Below are positions 50,964-59,758 of a stretch of 61,879 nt of DNA, piece by piece. Under the pieces are notes generated by a model. That model was given only the letters and a program-made list of their open reading frames with translations. It made no database searches and was not told the origin of the DNA. The DNA is taken from positions 1-61,879 of the forward strand of contig JBEKHC010000017.1 of assembly GCA_050012475.1 (NCBI GenBank). Direction: 5' to 3'. The position numbers and the translations under genes were made by a program. This stretch comes from Candidatus Velthaea sp. GTDB lineage: Bacteria; Vulcanimicrobiota; Vulcanimicrobiia; Vulcanimicrobiales; Vulcanimicrobiaceae. Each line of letters starts with the position of its first letter. Position 1 is the first letter of the stretch.

Positions 50964-52206
50964 CCTGCGCGCGGCTGTCCCGATGCTGCTCGCGTTGGGC
51001 TTGGCCGCGGCGTGCTTTCAGCTGGCGGCTCCGCGTGCGCTGGGACCGACCCCGCTTCTGATCGGGCTGGCCGCGATCGCGACGGTTTGGGTGATGCTCG
51101 TACCGGGCGACGTCGACCGCGACGATACGCTGCCGGCGTTAGCCGTGCTGCTTTCGGCCCTGGGGTTGCTCGAGATTGCCCGGCTGGCTCCCCAACTCGC
51201 TGCGCGCCAGGCGCTCTGGCTGGGCTTTTCGCTCGTGCTCGCCGTCGCGGTGGGGCCAGCCTTCAACCGGTTTCGCGTGCTCGCCGCGTACAAGTACATC
51301 TGGATTCTGTTGGCGATCGCCCTGTTCGCCGCGCTTGCACTCTTCGGTCAGGAGGTCAATGGAGCCCGGCTCTGGATCCGGCTGGGCCCGGTCCAATTCG
51401 AGCCGGTCGAAGTCGTGAAACTGCTCGTCGTGCTGTTCATGGCCTCGTACTTAGCCGAAACGGCCGACGTGATCGCGCGGACGCGCCCGTGGTCGCTGCG
51501 CGCCAACGCCAAATACTTGGGGCCGCTGTTCATGGGCTGGGGCGCCTCGATGGCCATTTTGGTGTTCGAGCATGATTTGGGGATGGCGACGCTGCTGCTC
51601 GCGACGTTCGCGGCGATGCTGTACGTCGCGACCCGCCGGATCGATCTCATCGCCGGCGGCCTAGCGGTGTTCGGCGTTTCGGCCTACCTCGCGGCAACCC
51701 ACTATCCGTACGTTCGCACCCGGATCACGGTCTGGCAGCACCCGTTCGCCGACCCCTTCGGCGCCGGCTATCAGACCGTGCAATCGCTGTTCTCGCTCGC
51801 GTCGGGGGGCTTGTTCGGCACGGGCTACCGGCTGGGACAGCCCGACGCGATCCCCAGCGTCGCGACGGATTACATCTACGCAGCCTGGAGCGAAGAGTGG
51901 GGCGCGATCGGCGCAATCGTCTTGTGTTTGACGTTTTTGGCGATCGTGCGGCGCACGCTGCGCATCGCGCAGCGCCAACCCGATCTGTACGCGAAGCTGT
52001 TGGCCACCGGTCTGGCGGTAACGCTGGGCTTTCAAGTTTTCATCATCATCGGCGGCGTGCTAGGCTTGTTTCCGCTCACCGGGATCACCCTGCCGTTCAT
52101 CTCGTACGGCGGCAGCTCGCTGGTGACCAACTACATGCTCATCGCGCTGGTCTGGGCGATCTCGAGCGAACCGCGGCCCGCGTCGCGCCGGGTGAACTCG
52201 GCGTAG
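50932..52206 (+). CDS. rodA: SEDS peptidoglycan glycosyltransferase (RodA/FtsW)
   Basis: NGARLWI, FEPVEVVK, DLG, GYQ, GGLFGTG, TDYI, PLTGITLPFISYGGSS; start uncertain. Confidence 0.9.
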   Translation: MRFFTPFFLHSLRAAVPMLLALGLAAACFQLAAPRALGPTPLLIGLAAIATVWVMLVPGDVDRDDTLPALAVLLSALGLLEIARLAPQLAARQALWLGFSLVLAVAVGPAFNRFRVLAAYKYIWILLAIALFAALALFGQEVNGARLWIRLGPVQFEPVEVVKLLVVLFMASYLAETADVIARTRPWSLRANAKYLGPLFMGWGASMAILVFEHDLGMATLLLATFAAMLYVATRRIDLIAGGLAVFGVSAYLAATHYPYVRTRITVWQHPFADPFGAGYQTVQSLFSLASGGLFGTGYRLGQPDAIPSVATDYIYAAWSEEWGAIGAIVLCLTFLAIVRRTLRIAQRQPDLYAKLLATGLAVTLGFQVFIIIGGVLGLFPLTGITLPFISYGGSSLVTNYMLIALVWAISSEPRPASRRVNSA

Positions 52207-52264
52207 GGCGCGCCAAAGCAGTGCGGCCGCGGGCGACCGGCACGGCCCTGGCGCCGGACCGCGG

Positions 52265-52456
52265 TTACGAGTCGGTTCCCGGCCCGCGGCGAAACAGCGT
52301 GCGGATCAGCGCGCCGATTCCCGGCGTATCCCGCCGGTCACCTTTACGCCGATCGTCCGCGACGGCTGTGTCCGCAACGCGGCGGTCGCCGCGCCGGCGT
52401 ACTGGCGCCGGGTCGGAATCGGTACGGTTTGTTTCTTCAGTCGACATACGTACCAT
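52265..52456 (-). CDS. Small Arg-rich protein with RRxxDRR repeats
   Basis: RRRGDRR...DDRRKGDRR, then an amphipathic helix; lies downstream of and co-oriented with the GGDEF gene. Confidence 0.5.
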   Translation of the reverse strand: MVRMSTEETNRTDSDPAPVRRRGDRRVADTAVADDRRKGDRRDTPGIGALIRTLFRRGPGTDS

Positions 52457-52566
52457 ATCGGTCGGCGCCGGCGCGATTTACAGAGAAATGACCGATTTCC
52501 AGCGGCATGAGACGTAGCTCTCACTTTTGTCGCTGGTGAAGGACTTTCGTGATGAACTGTCGTCGG

Positions 52567-53709
52567 CTATGCCGCGACGAAAACGCGATTGCAGCCGCGC
52601 TGCTTGGCTTCATAGAGCGCTTCGTCGGCGCGTTTGAATGTCGGCCAGAGCAAAGTCGCGTCTTTTTCGGCGGCGGCGACGCCGACGCTGATCGTGCACG
52701 CGACCGGCTTGTCATCGATTTGGACGGTCATTTGACCGATCCGCCGGCGCAAACGCTCGGCGAGGAGTTCCGCGCCCGCGGAGCTCGTTTCGGGCAGCAG
52801 GATCGCAAACTGTTCGTCGTCGACGCGAGCAATCAGATCGGACACGCGTGTTCCATCGCAAAAGCTCGAAGTCAGCGCCTTGAGCACGGCCTTGCCGCCG
52901 TCGGGGCCGTAGGTCGCCTCGATCGCGGGCAACTGGTCGGCCCCGATCACCAGCAGCGACAGCGGGCGCCCATAGCGGCGGGCTTTGTGCATCTCGATCG
53001 TTCCGCGATCCTGGAAGCTGCGTTTGTTGAGCATGCCGGTGACCGGATCCGTAGCGGCGACCCGGGTGAGCTCGCCGATTTCGTGCGCCAGCGCGGCGAT
53101 GCGGTTCAGCATCGGTTGGAAGACGCCCAGCGCGGCCGTTGCGAGTCCCGCGAGGATCAGCGTGAAGTATGCCGTACCGGCGTGGCCGAACAGCGCGAAG
53201 GTTTCGTCAGCGCGCTCGTTTCGGGCGCGAATCGTCTGCGCGAGCGCTTCGAGCAGCGGACGCTGGGCGGCGGCCGCGGATGCCGCGTTCGCCGCGGCCG
53301 ACGGATCGTGCGGCGCTGCCGCAAGCATTCTGTTGAGCTGGGCAACGTATGCCGTCGCCGCAGCGCCGAGCGGCGCGACGTTCGGATCGAGAGCTGCGAG
53401 TTGCCGCTGCCCCCGCGCAAAGGAATCGATCGCCGGGCGCAGGCTGCGCTGCACGCCGGCGTCTCCGAGCCCGTACTGTGTGGTCAGGCTCCCGATCCGC
53501 TGCAGGCGCAGCTGCTGCCCCTCGGTCAACTCGATCGCAGTAGCCGTCGTGCGCTGCACCGAGATCGCGCTTCCGAGCGTCAGATACGCGGCAAACGTCA
53601 TGACCGCGACAACGCCGACGGCAGCGACAAACCGGATCACGACGCTGCGCCGGAAACGCTCGCTCTGCCCCGGTTGATCGTAGTACCGGCGTGTGGGTGA
53701 GCTGACCAT
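52567..53709 (-). CDS. Membrane-bound degenerate GGDEF protein
   Basis: Two TMs flanking a helical sensor; TDPVTGMLNKR, TISVGVA, RADEALYEAK..G.NRV; active site reads VDDEQF. Confidence 0.85.
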   Translation of the reverse strand: MVSSPTRRYYDQPGQSERFRRSVVIRFVAAVGVVAVMTFAAYLTLGSAISVQRTTATAIELTEGQQLRLQRIGSLTTQYGLGDAGVQRSLRPAIDSFARGQRQLAALDPNVAPLGAAATAYVAQLNRMLAAAPHDPSAAANAASAAAAQRPLLEALAQTIRARNERADETFALFGHAGTAYFTLILAGLATAALGVFQPMLNRIAALAHEIGELTRVAATDPVTGMLNKRSFQDRGTIEMHKARRYGRPLSLLVIGADQLPAIEATYGPDGGKAVLKALTSSFCDGTRVSDLIARVDDEQFAILLPETSSAGAELLAERLRRRIGQMTVQIDDKPVACTISVGVAAAEKDATLLWPTFKRADEALYEAKQRGCNRVFVAA

Positions 53710-53821
53710 CGATGCCTCCGCGGATTGGGGAACCAACGATCATATCGGCGCCTGAATCGGCGTGCGATCGTGGTATGCGGCGATCGAACACAAACTTTGC
53801 ATCGCCGGCGCTCGCCTGCCG

Positions 53822-54385
53822 TCAGGAAGCAAGCTCGTTGGCGAAGAGCGTTGCGATCAGGTCGCTCATCGCCGGATCGATCGCGCGCAAGCGCGCGCGA
53901 GTGGCGCGTGGCCAGAGCGATTGCGGATCGTTCGCCTCGACCCACGCGCGCATCGCCTCGGCGAAATATTCGTCGAGCCCCGAAGCAGCGTACGGCGTGA
54001 CGAACGCCGTCGCTTGCTCGAAAGCACGGCGAATGCGCGGATCGACTCCGCTGAGATAGACGCCGCCGCCCAACGCACAATCGAGCGCATGGGCGAATTC
54101 GTGCGCGACGGTCATCGGGCTGAACGAGCGTAAATACATCGTTCGCTCTTCGACGACGAACAAGCCGGCCGGCGGAATCGGCCAGTCGTCGACGCCGGCT
54201 GCCAGACGCCGCAGCGCGCGCGATCGATCGCGGTACCCGTCTTTGCGGCGCAACGCGACGATCCGGATACCGGCATCGCTTGCGACTCGCCGCGCCCCGG
54301 CGCCAAAGCGCTGCAATGTCGTCTCGATCGCGGATCGAATCAAAGGATCGTCGCTGCAGATCGGCGGAGCGCAAGCATCGGGCAC
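53822..54385 (-). CDS. Zinc metallopeptidase, anthrax-lethal-factor/PPEP/MtfA-like fold
   Basis: VAHEFAHALD plus YAA...EYFAEA, LRAIDP. Confidence 0.7.
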   Translation of the reverse strand: MPDACAPPICSDDPLIRSAIETTLQRFGAGARRVASDAGIRIVALRRKDGYRDRSRALRRLAAGVDDWPIPPAGLFVVEERTMYLRSFSPMTVAHEFAHALDCALGGGVYLSGVDPRIRRAFEQATAFVTPYAASGLDEYFAEAMRAWVEANDPQSLWPRATRARLRAIDPAMSDLIATLFANELAS

Positions 54386-54408
54386 TCACCCATTCTGCAA
54401 CGCCGTCG

Positions 54409-54969
54409 TTAGGCCGGCATTATGCGCGTATGACCGTTTCGTGCTCGACGTTCAAATGGCTGGGGTCGGTTTGGCTGCGACGGAGGCGTTTGGGCTGCGC
54501 AGATGTCGCTGCGCCGCAGCAGGTGATGCTCGATTCGAGTGACGAGCTCCCGCGCATCGACCGGCTTCGTTATGAAGTCTTGCACGCCGGTCTCGAATGC
54601 GAAGAGGCGATCCTCGTCGAGGGCGTGCGTTGAAAGCATGACGATCGGAATAGCCCGCGTCGCGCTGTCGCTTTTGAGTACTTCAACCGCCTGACAACCG
54701 TCCATGACGGGCATCATCCAATCCAAGACGATGACATCGGGACGCTGCGCTCGCGCCGCCGCGCAGGCCAACGCTCCGTTCTCGAAGGCGTGCACGATGA
54801 ACGATGCGCGCGTTAGGATGCGGCACAGCAGCATGCGCGTGGCGGGGTCATCTTCGGCGATTACAATGGTGGCGCGCGGGCGAACGGCGGCGTCGGATGT
54901 CGTCCGCGAAACGGCCGTTGTTTCGTTGCAGTCCGTGCTGTCGGCGCAGCGCTCGATCGTTCTTTTCAT
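54409..54969 (-). CDS. Single-domain response regulator
   Basis: IAEDD, VLDWMMPVMDG, IVMLS, FITKP. Confidence 0.85.
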   Translation of the reverse strand: MKRTIERCADSTDCNETTAVSRTTSDAAVRPRATIVIAEDDPATRMLLCRILTRASFIVHAFENGALACAAARAQRPDVIVLDWMMPVMDGCQAVEVLKSDSATRAIPIVMLSTHALDEDRLFAFETGVQDFITKPVDARELVTRIEHHLLRRSDICAAQTPPSQPNRPQPFERRARNGHTRIMPA

Positions 54970-55352
54970 GGGGCGCCCTCAACTCGACTGCGAACGCTCT
55001 GCGCCCGGCGGGAACGCTGCGCGCCGCCGGCGGCACGTCACGAGAAACAGCCCAACTCTATCATGCGTGCCGGTCAAGCTCATAGAGCGCCCCCGCGGCT
55101 CAAACGCAAGCTTTACGCGAAGCACGGCGGTGTAGTGCTTTGCGCTGCCGGACCGGCTCTTGACCCCGCGGGGACCCTCGTCGCTCGATTTCGGCCCGAG
55201 GCGCGTTGCGTTCGTGCGAAGAAAGCTTCGTAAAGCGTTCTTATGGATGACGTACGTTGCGCGCACTTGCCTTGGAGGAGAGAGGTTTGATCTTTTCGTT
55301 TTGGGCCCGATTTTCGTGGAACGCACTCCTTGCCGAGTTGACGACGGCTTAG

Positions 55353-56570
55353 ATGGCTCGTCAGAAATACGTTCTCGGCGCGCTCGGGGTCGCAGCTGCA
55401 GGGCTGCTCGTCGCTGGTCTGTTCGCCAAGCCGACGCAGTCCGTGGCGATGCCGACGTTCGCGCAGGCCTATGGGCTGCCGTGCAGCGCCTGCCACACGC
55501 AGGTCCCGCTGCTCAACGCGAACGGCCGCTACATCCAGCGAACGGGCTATGCATCGCTCGACCGGACGGTGCTCGCGCGTGCGCTGCCCGTCTGGATCGA
55601 CGCCAGCACGAATTACGACTCATCCGGAGGCACCAACGTGCCGCTCGGGCCGGGGCAGCCCAACGTTCCGAAATACGAGTTCGGCAACTTGGCCATCCAC
55701 GGCGTCGGTTACATCGCGCCGGATCTGACATTTCACGCCCAGCAGTGGATCGAATCGGGCGGCGACTCCGGTCCGCTGGACACGCTTTGGGTAACCTACA
55801 ACCACATCTTCCATAACGACGGACATCTGTTTTTCGGGAAGATCCTCAACCCCGCGCCTTCGCCGTACAGCCAAGATTTCGAGCTCGACGGCGCGACCGC
55901 TTCGAGCACGGTCGTGGGCGACCACGATTGGAGCGCAACGTACGATAACCGCTGGGGCACGCGGTTCGCCTACATTCGCAAAGCGCTCGACGTCGAGGCG
56001 GGCTACTATCTTTCGGGCGACGACCTCAACGGGATCACCGATTTCAACCCCGGCGACAAGACGTTTCAATGGAAACTCGCCTACGCGCAACCGAACTCCC
56101 CGCTCGAATTCGGCACCTTTGGCAGCAACGGAGCGATTCCGCTCACCAGCGGCCCCGGGACCGACATCTATCATTCGATTGCCGGTTACGTGCAGCTCGA
56201 TCCGTCACGCTATGGCCGGCCCGGCCTCTTCGCGGTTTATCAAAGTGCACGGGACGGAAATCCGGGCTTCGACGGCAACGGAAATCCGCTGGGTGTGGCC
56301 TCGAGCAAAGGGCTGAGCGTCGCGATCTTCGAGCATATCCTGCGCAACAGCGCGACCGTTGGGTTTCGCCACGACCTCAACGACGACGGACTCGGCACCG
56401 TCAGCAACGGCAACTCCATCAACCTTGCGTTCAATGTGCCGCATTTCAGTTACGCGCACATCTTCCTCGAGGCCAATACCGGGTCGAATTCCGCGCTCGC
56501 GGGCGGATCCAACGGGCCGACTTGGAAGGGCATGTTCTGGTTGACCGTGCCGATCAAAGCCGTCCATTGA
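55353..56570 (+). CDS. Cyc2-like monoheme cytochrome c / outer-membrane beta-barrel fusion
   Basis: Signal peptide, AMPTFAQAYGLPCSACHTQVPLLNANGRYIQRTGY, then alternating aromatic/Gly beta-strand sequence to the C-terminus. Confidence 0.8.
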   Translation: MARQKYVLGALGVAAAGLLVAGLFAKPTQSVAMPTFAQAYGLPCSACHTQVPLLNANGRYIQRTGYASLDRTVLARALPVWIDASTNYDSSGGTNVPLGPGQPNVPKYEFGNLAIHGVGYIAPDLTFHAQQWIESGGDSGPLDTLWVTYNHIFHNDGHLFFGKILNPAPSPYSQDFELDGATASSTVVGDHDWSATYDNRWGTRFAYIRKALDVEAGYYLSGDDLNGITDFNPGDKTFQWKLAYAQPNSPLEFGTFGSNGAIPLTSGPGTDIYHSIAGYVQLDPSRYGRPGLFAVYQSARDGNPGFDGNGNPLGVASSKGLSVAIFEHILRNSATVGFRHDLNDDGLGTVSNGNSINLAFNVPHFSYAHIFLEANTGSNSALAGGSNGPTWKGMFWLTVPIKAVH

Positions 56571-56620
56571 AGAGAGTCCGGCAAAAATGATGTGGACCCT
56601 GTCTTCTCCAAAGTAGGCGG

Positions 56621-57592
56621 ATGACGAAACCCGGCTCCGCCGCACCACTGCAGCGCGTCCTCGTCGCGCTTGACGGCTCCGATACGTCCCACGGTGCCCT
56701 GCTGCTCGCGATCGAGCTGAGTCGTCAATATAAGAGCGAGCTGATCTTGTGCACGGTCGTCGACCGCGACGCCGTGATCGTCGCGGCGCAGTCGCCCGAC
56801 GGGCCGTTCATGGGCTTCGACAATATCGTCGAGCATTACGAGACGGCGGCGCGGCTGTTGTTGACCGAAGCAGCGGCGCGCACTTCGGCGGCCGGCGCGC
56901 CGACGACCACGATGCTGCTCGACGGCCGGCCCGCCGTCGCGATCGCCGATTACGCCAAGGAGGCCGGGGTCGACGCGATCGTGATGGGGACGCACGGGAA
57001 GAGTGGCCTGGAACGGATGTTCCTCGGCAGCACCGCGGAAGGCGTCCTGCACTTGACGACTGTTCCGACGTTCGTCGTGCATCAGACGGGTGACGCGAGC
57101 TTCGCTCCCGCGGCGCTGCCGACGGTTCCCGAGTTCGGGCGCATCCTTGTTGCCGTCGACGATTCCGATCCGTCCGATGCCGCGATCGCTTTCGCACTCG
57201 ACCTCGCCGCGGCAACCCAAAGCCGCGTGTTGTGCTGCAACGCGATCGAACAGGGTCAGTTTTTCGACAAGGCCGCCCGTTACGGCTACAATCCTGGTCC
57301 GCTGCTCGCCGATCTGCGCGGGCATGCATCCGCGCTCATCGAAGAGAAAACGCGGGCGGCAAAGGAACGCGGGCTCACGGTGATCAGCATCATCGTGGAA
57401 GGCAACGCGCCGGACGCCATCCTCAAGGCCGCCGCCGACAACGACGCGGACCTCATCGTCGTCGGGACGCACGGGCGGCGCGGTCTCCAGCGGCTGTTCA
57501 TCGGCAGCGTCGCCGAAAGCATCATCCGCCACAGCGTTCTGCCGGTTGCGGTCGTTCGCGCCGTTGCGGTGCGCTCTGCCCAGCTGTACTGA
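56621..57592 (+). CDS. Tandem universal stress protein
   Basis: Two USP domains: VALDGS...IVMGTHG...LGSTAE and VAVDDS...VGTHG...IGSVAE. Confidence 0.9.
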   Translation: MTKPGSAAPLQRVLVALDGSDTSHGALLLAIELSRQYKSELILCTVVDRDAVIVAAQSPDGPFMGFDNIVEHYETAARLLLTEAAARTSAAGAPTTTMLLDGRPAVAIADYAKEAGVDAIVMGTHGKSGLERMFLGSTAEGVLHLTTVPTFVVHQTGDASFAPAALPTVPEFGRILVAVDDSDPSDAAIAFALDLAAATQSRVLCCNAIEQGQFFDKAARYGYNPGPLLADLRGHASALIEEKTRAAKERGLTVISIIVEGNAPDAILKAAADNDADLIVVGTHGRRGLQRLFIGSVAESIIRHSVLPVAVVRAVAVRSAQLY

Positions 57593-57671
57593 TTCCGCCC
57601 TGGACGTCGTCGCTGCGCGGCTCATCTGCCGAAGCAAACTTCGCCGCTATGCTCCTCGCCAGGACGAATCA
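57590..57671 (-). repeat. Copy C of the 10.4 kb structured repeat family
   Basis: Reverse complement reads TTCGTCCTGGCGAGGAGCATAGCGGCGAAGTTTGCTTCGGCAGATGAGCCGCGCAGCGACGACGTCCAG. Confidence 0.9.
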
Positions 57672-57794
57672 GAGCATCTGGTGTTCCGGTTCATGAATAG
57701 GGCGACACAAAGCGGACCGGATCTTCGTTCGCGGCAAGGCGCGAAGAGGGAGCAACGCCGTAGCGTTGTGACCGATGAGCAACGCAGCAGCCCA

Positions 57795-58487
57795 CTAGGT
57801 CGACACCTGCGACAGGCGTTCGTAGGACGTCCGAATGTGCGAATCGATCAGCCGGACGGCATCGCTTTTCGAGCGTGCCCGCACGGCGTCGAGCAAAGCG
57901 GTGTGTTCGCCAACGACCTTCGCGAGGTAATCCGAGGTATCGATCGAGCGCGAATGGAGAAACGTTTCGATCTGCGGCCGCAGGGTCGACCACGTCAGAT
58001 ACAGCCGCGAATTGTGAGCGGCGACGTAAATGAGGTCGTGGAAACGAACGTCGAGGGTCACGACCTCGTGCAGGTCGCTGCCATCCACGGCATGCGTCAT
58101 CCCCGCGACGACCTCCGCGAGCGCTGCGAAGTCGTCCTGGGTCGCGCGCTGTGTCGCACGTTCGATGGCGAGGCGCTCGAGCGAACTGCGAAGTTCGTAG
58201 ATTTCCTCGATGTCGGTAGCGGACAGCCGCGTCACGCGTGCACCGCGATGGCGTTCGAGCTTGAGTAAGCCCTCACGCTCCAGTTCCGCGAACGCCTCAC
58301 GAATCGGCCCGCGGCTGACGCCGAGCTTCTCGGCTAATCCGGCTTCGTTGAGATGCTGACCGGGCGGAAAAGCGCCGCGAACGAGCGCCGCGCGCAGCAA
58401 ATCGACGACGTCCTCTGCGAGGCTGCGACGGTTGGAAAGCGTTAGTTTGTTGAGCAATGCGTCGTTCGGCTCAGGCGAGTCGTGCAT
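57795..58487 (-). CDS. GntR family (FCD) transcriptional regulator
   Basis: PGQHLNE..LAEKLGVSRGPIREA, EIYELR, FHDLI, EH. Confidence 0.9.
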   Translation of the reverse strand: MHDSPEPNDALLNKLTLSNRRSLAEDVVDLLRAALVRGAFPPGQHLNEAGLAEKLGVSRGPIREAFAELEREGLLKLERHRGARVTRLSATDIEEIYELRSSLERLAIERATQRATQDDFAALAEVVAGMTHAVDGSDLHEVVTLDVRFHDLIYVAAHNSRLYLTWSTLRPQIETFLHSRSIDTSDYLAKVVGEHTALLDAVRARSKSDAVRLIDSHIRTSYERLSQVST

Positions 58488-58588
58488 GATTCACCCCGAA
58501 CTCGGTTTGAGAAGGGTGTCGAAACGGCACAGATAAACGCGACGACGAGATTAGCCTAGCCTAATCGCGTTTGCAGTGTCACTTGGGG

Positions 58589-59725
58589 TCATTCGTCGGC
58601 GAAGGCGAGAAAACTCTCGGGTCCCAGCGCAATCCAACTCCGCTCGTGGTGCGAGCGCACGATCGCGTCAACGATCGATTGACTGCGCGCAGCATCGAGA
58701 AACGTGCATTCGGGCCGTGCGCCGTCCACGATCTCGCTCATGAAGTGCCGGACGAGATTGGGGACGTAGACGCCGGGCCACGGCGTGGTCGGATCCGTCC
58801 CCGGCGGATAGTCAGTACGATCGGGCTCGGCGAGCGTGAACCCGGCGCCGTCCACACGGGCGAGCGCGAGCGTCTCCGCGTTCCCGTGCTCGTGCATCAA
58901 GCGCACGATGGCGGTGCCGTTCGATCCGCACACGCGCAGCTCGATGCCCGGCTCGCCGCCCGTCGCGACGTACGAGGTTTGCAGCAAGCCTTGCGCTCCC
59001 GATCTGAACTCGACGATGGCGGACGTTGCGTCTTCGACGGCAAGCTGGTGCGCCGCGCCGCGCGTTCCGCTTTCCGCCTGAGAAACGAAACTTCGCATGG
59101 TGGCGCAAACGGCGCGAAACTCACCGCCGCACCATCGCATCAGGTCGGCGAGGTGTGCGCCATAGGCGACGATCGACGACGGCAGAAGCCGGTCGTGCGG
59201 TGCATCGGGCGGCACGTGACGTTGCGGAAAATTGGCTGCTGGCAGGCGTGCGTTGTGCTGCAGCGCGTGAACGTGGAAGATGTCGCCCAGTGTGCCGTCG
59301 GCGATCCATGTTCCCAGCCGGCGCACGGCGGGCGAGTAGCGGAAAGCAAAACCCACCTTGGTCCGAACGCCGCGTTCGCCGGCAGCCGCTGCCGTGGCAA
59401 ACGCTTCGGCCGTCGTTTCGGCGAGCGGCTTTTCGCACACCACGTGTTTGCCTGCAGCGATCGCATCAACGTTCAACTGCCGATGCGTGGGCGTCGGCGT
59501 GCACACGTCCACGGCGTCGACGTCGGGATCGGCGAGCAGTTCACGGTAGTCGGTGAAGATTTTCGGGATCGCGAATTGCACGGCCAACGCTTCCGCTCGC
59601 GCGCGATCCGTGTCGCAAATCGCCACCAGCCGGGCGCGGTCCGAGGCCGCGTAACCCGGCAGATGCGCGATGCGCGTCCAACGATGGGCGCCGATGACGC
59701 CAACACCGACGGTCGATCTGCTCAC
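58589..59725 (-). CDS. Gfo/Idh/MocA family oxidoreductase
   Basis: GVIGA, DAVDVCTP, GKHVVCEKP, GFAFRY, YGAHLAD, VED. Confidence 0.88.
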   Translation of the reverse strand: MSRSTVGVGVIGAHRWTRIAHLPGYAASDRARLVAICDTDRARAEALAVQFAIPKIFTDYRELLADPDVDAVDVCTPTPTHRQLNVDAIAAGKHVVCEKPLAETTAEAFATAAAAGERGVRTKVGFAFRYSPAVRRLGTWIADGTLGDIFHVHALQHNARLPAANFPQRHVPPDAPHDRLLPSSIVAYGAHLADLMRWCGGEFRAVCATMRSFVSQAESGTRGAAHQLAVEDATSAIVEFRSGAQGLLQTSYVATGGEPGIELRVCGSNGTAIVRLMHEHGNAETLALARVDGAGFTLAEPDRTDYPPGTDPTTPWPGVYVPNLVRHFMSEIVDGARPECTFLDAARSQSIVDAIVRSHHERSWIALGPESFLAFADE

Positions 59726-59758
59726 GTGTGCCGGGCCCGCGGCGGGCGAGCCGGCACG

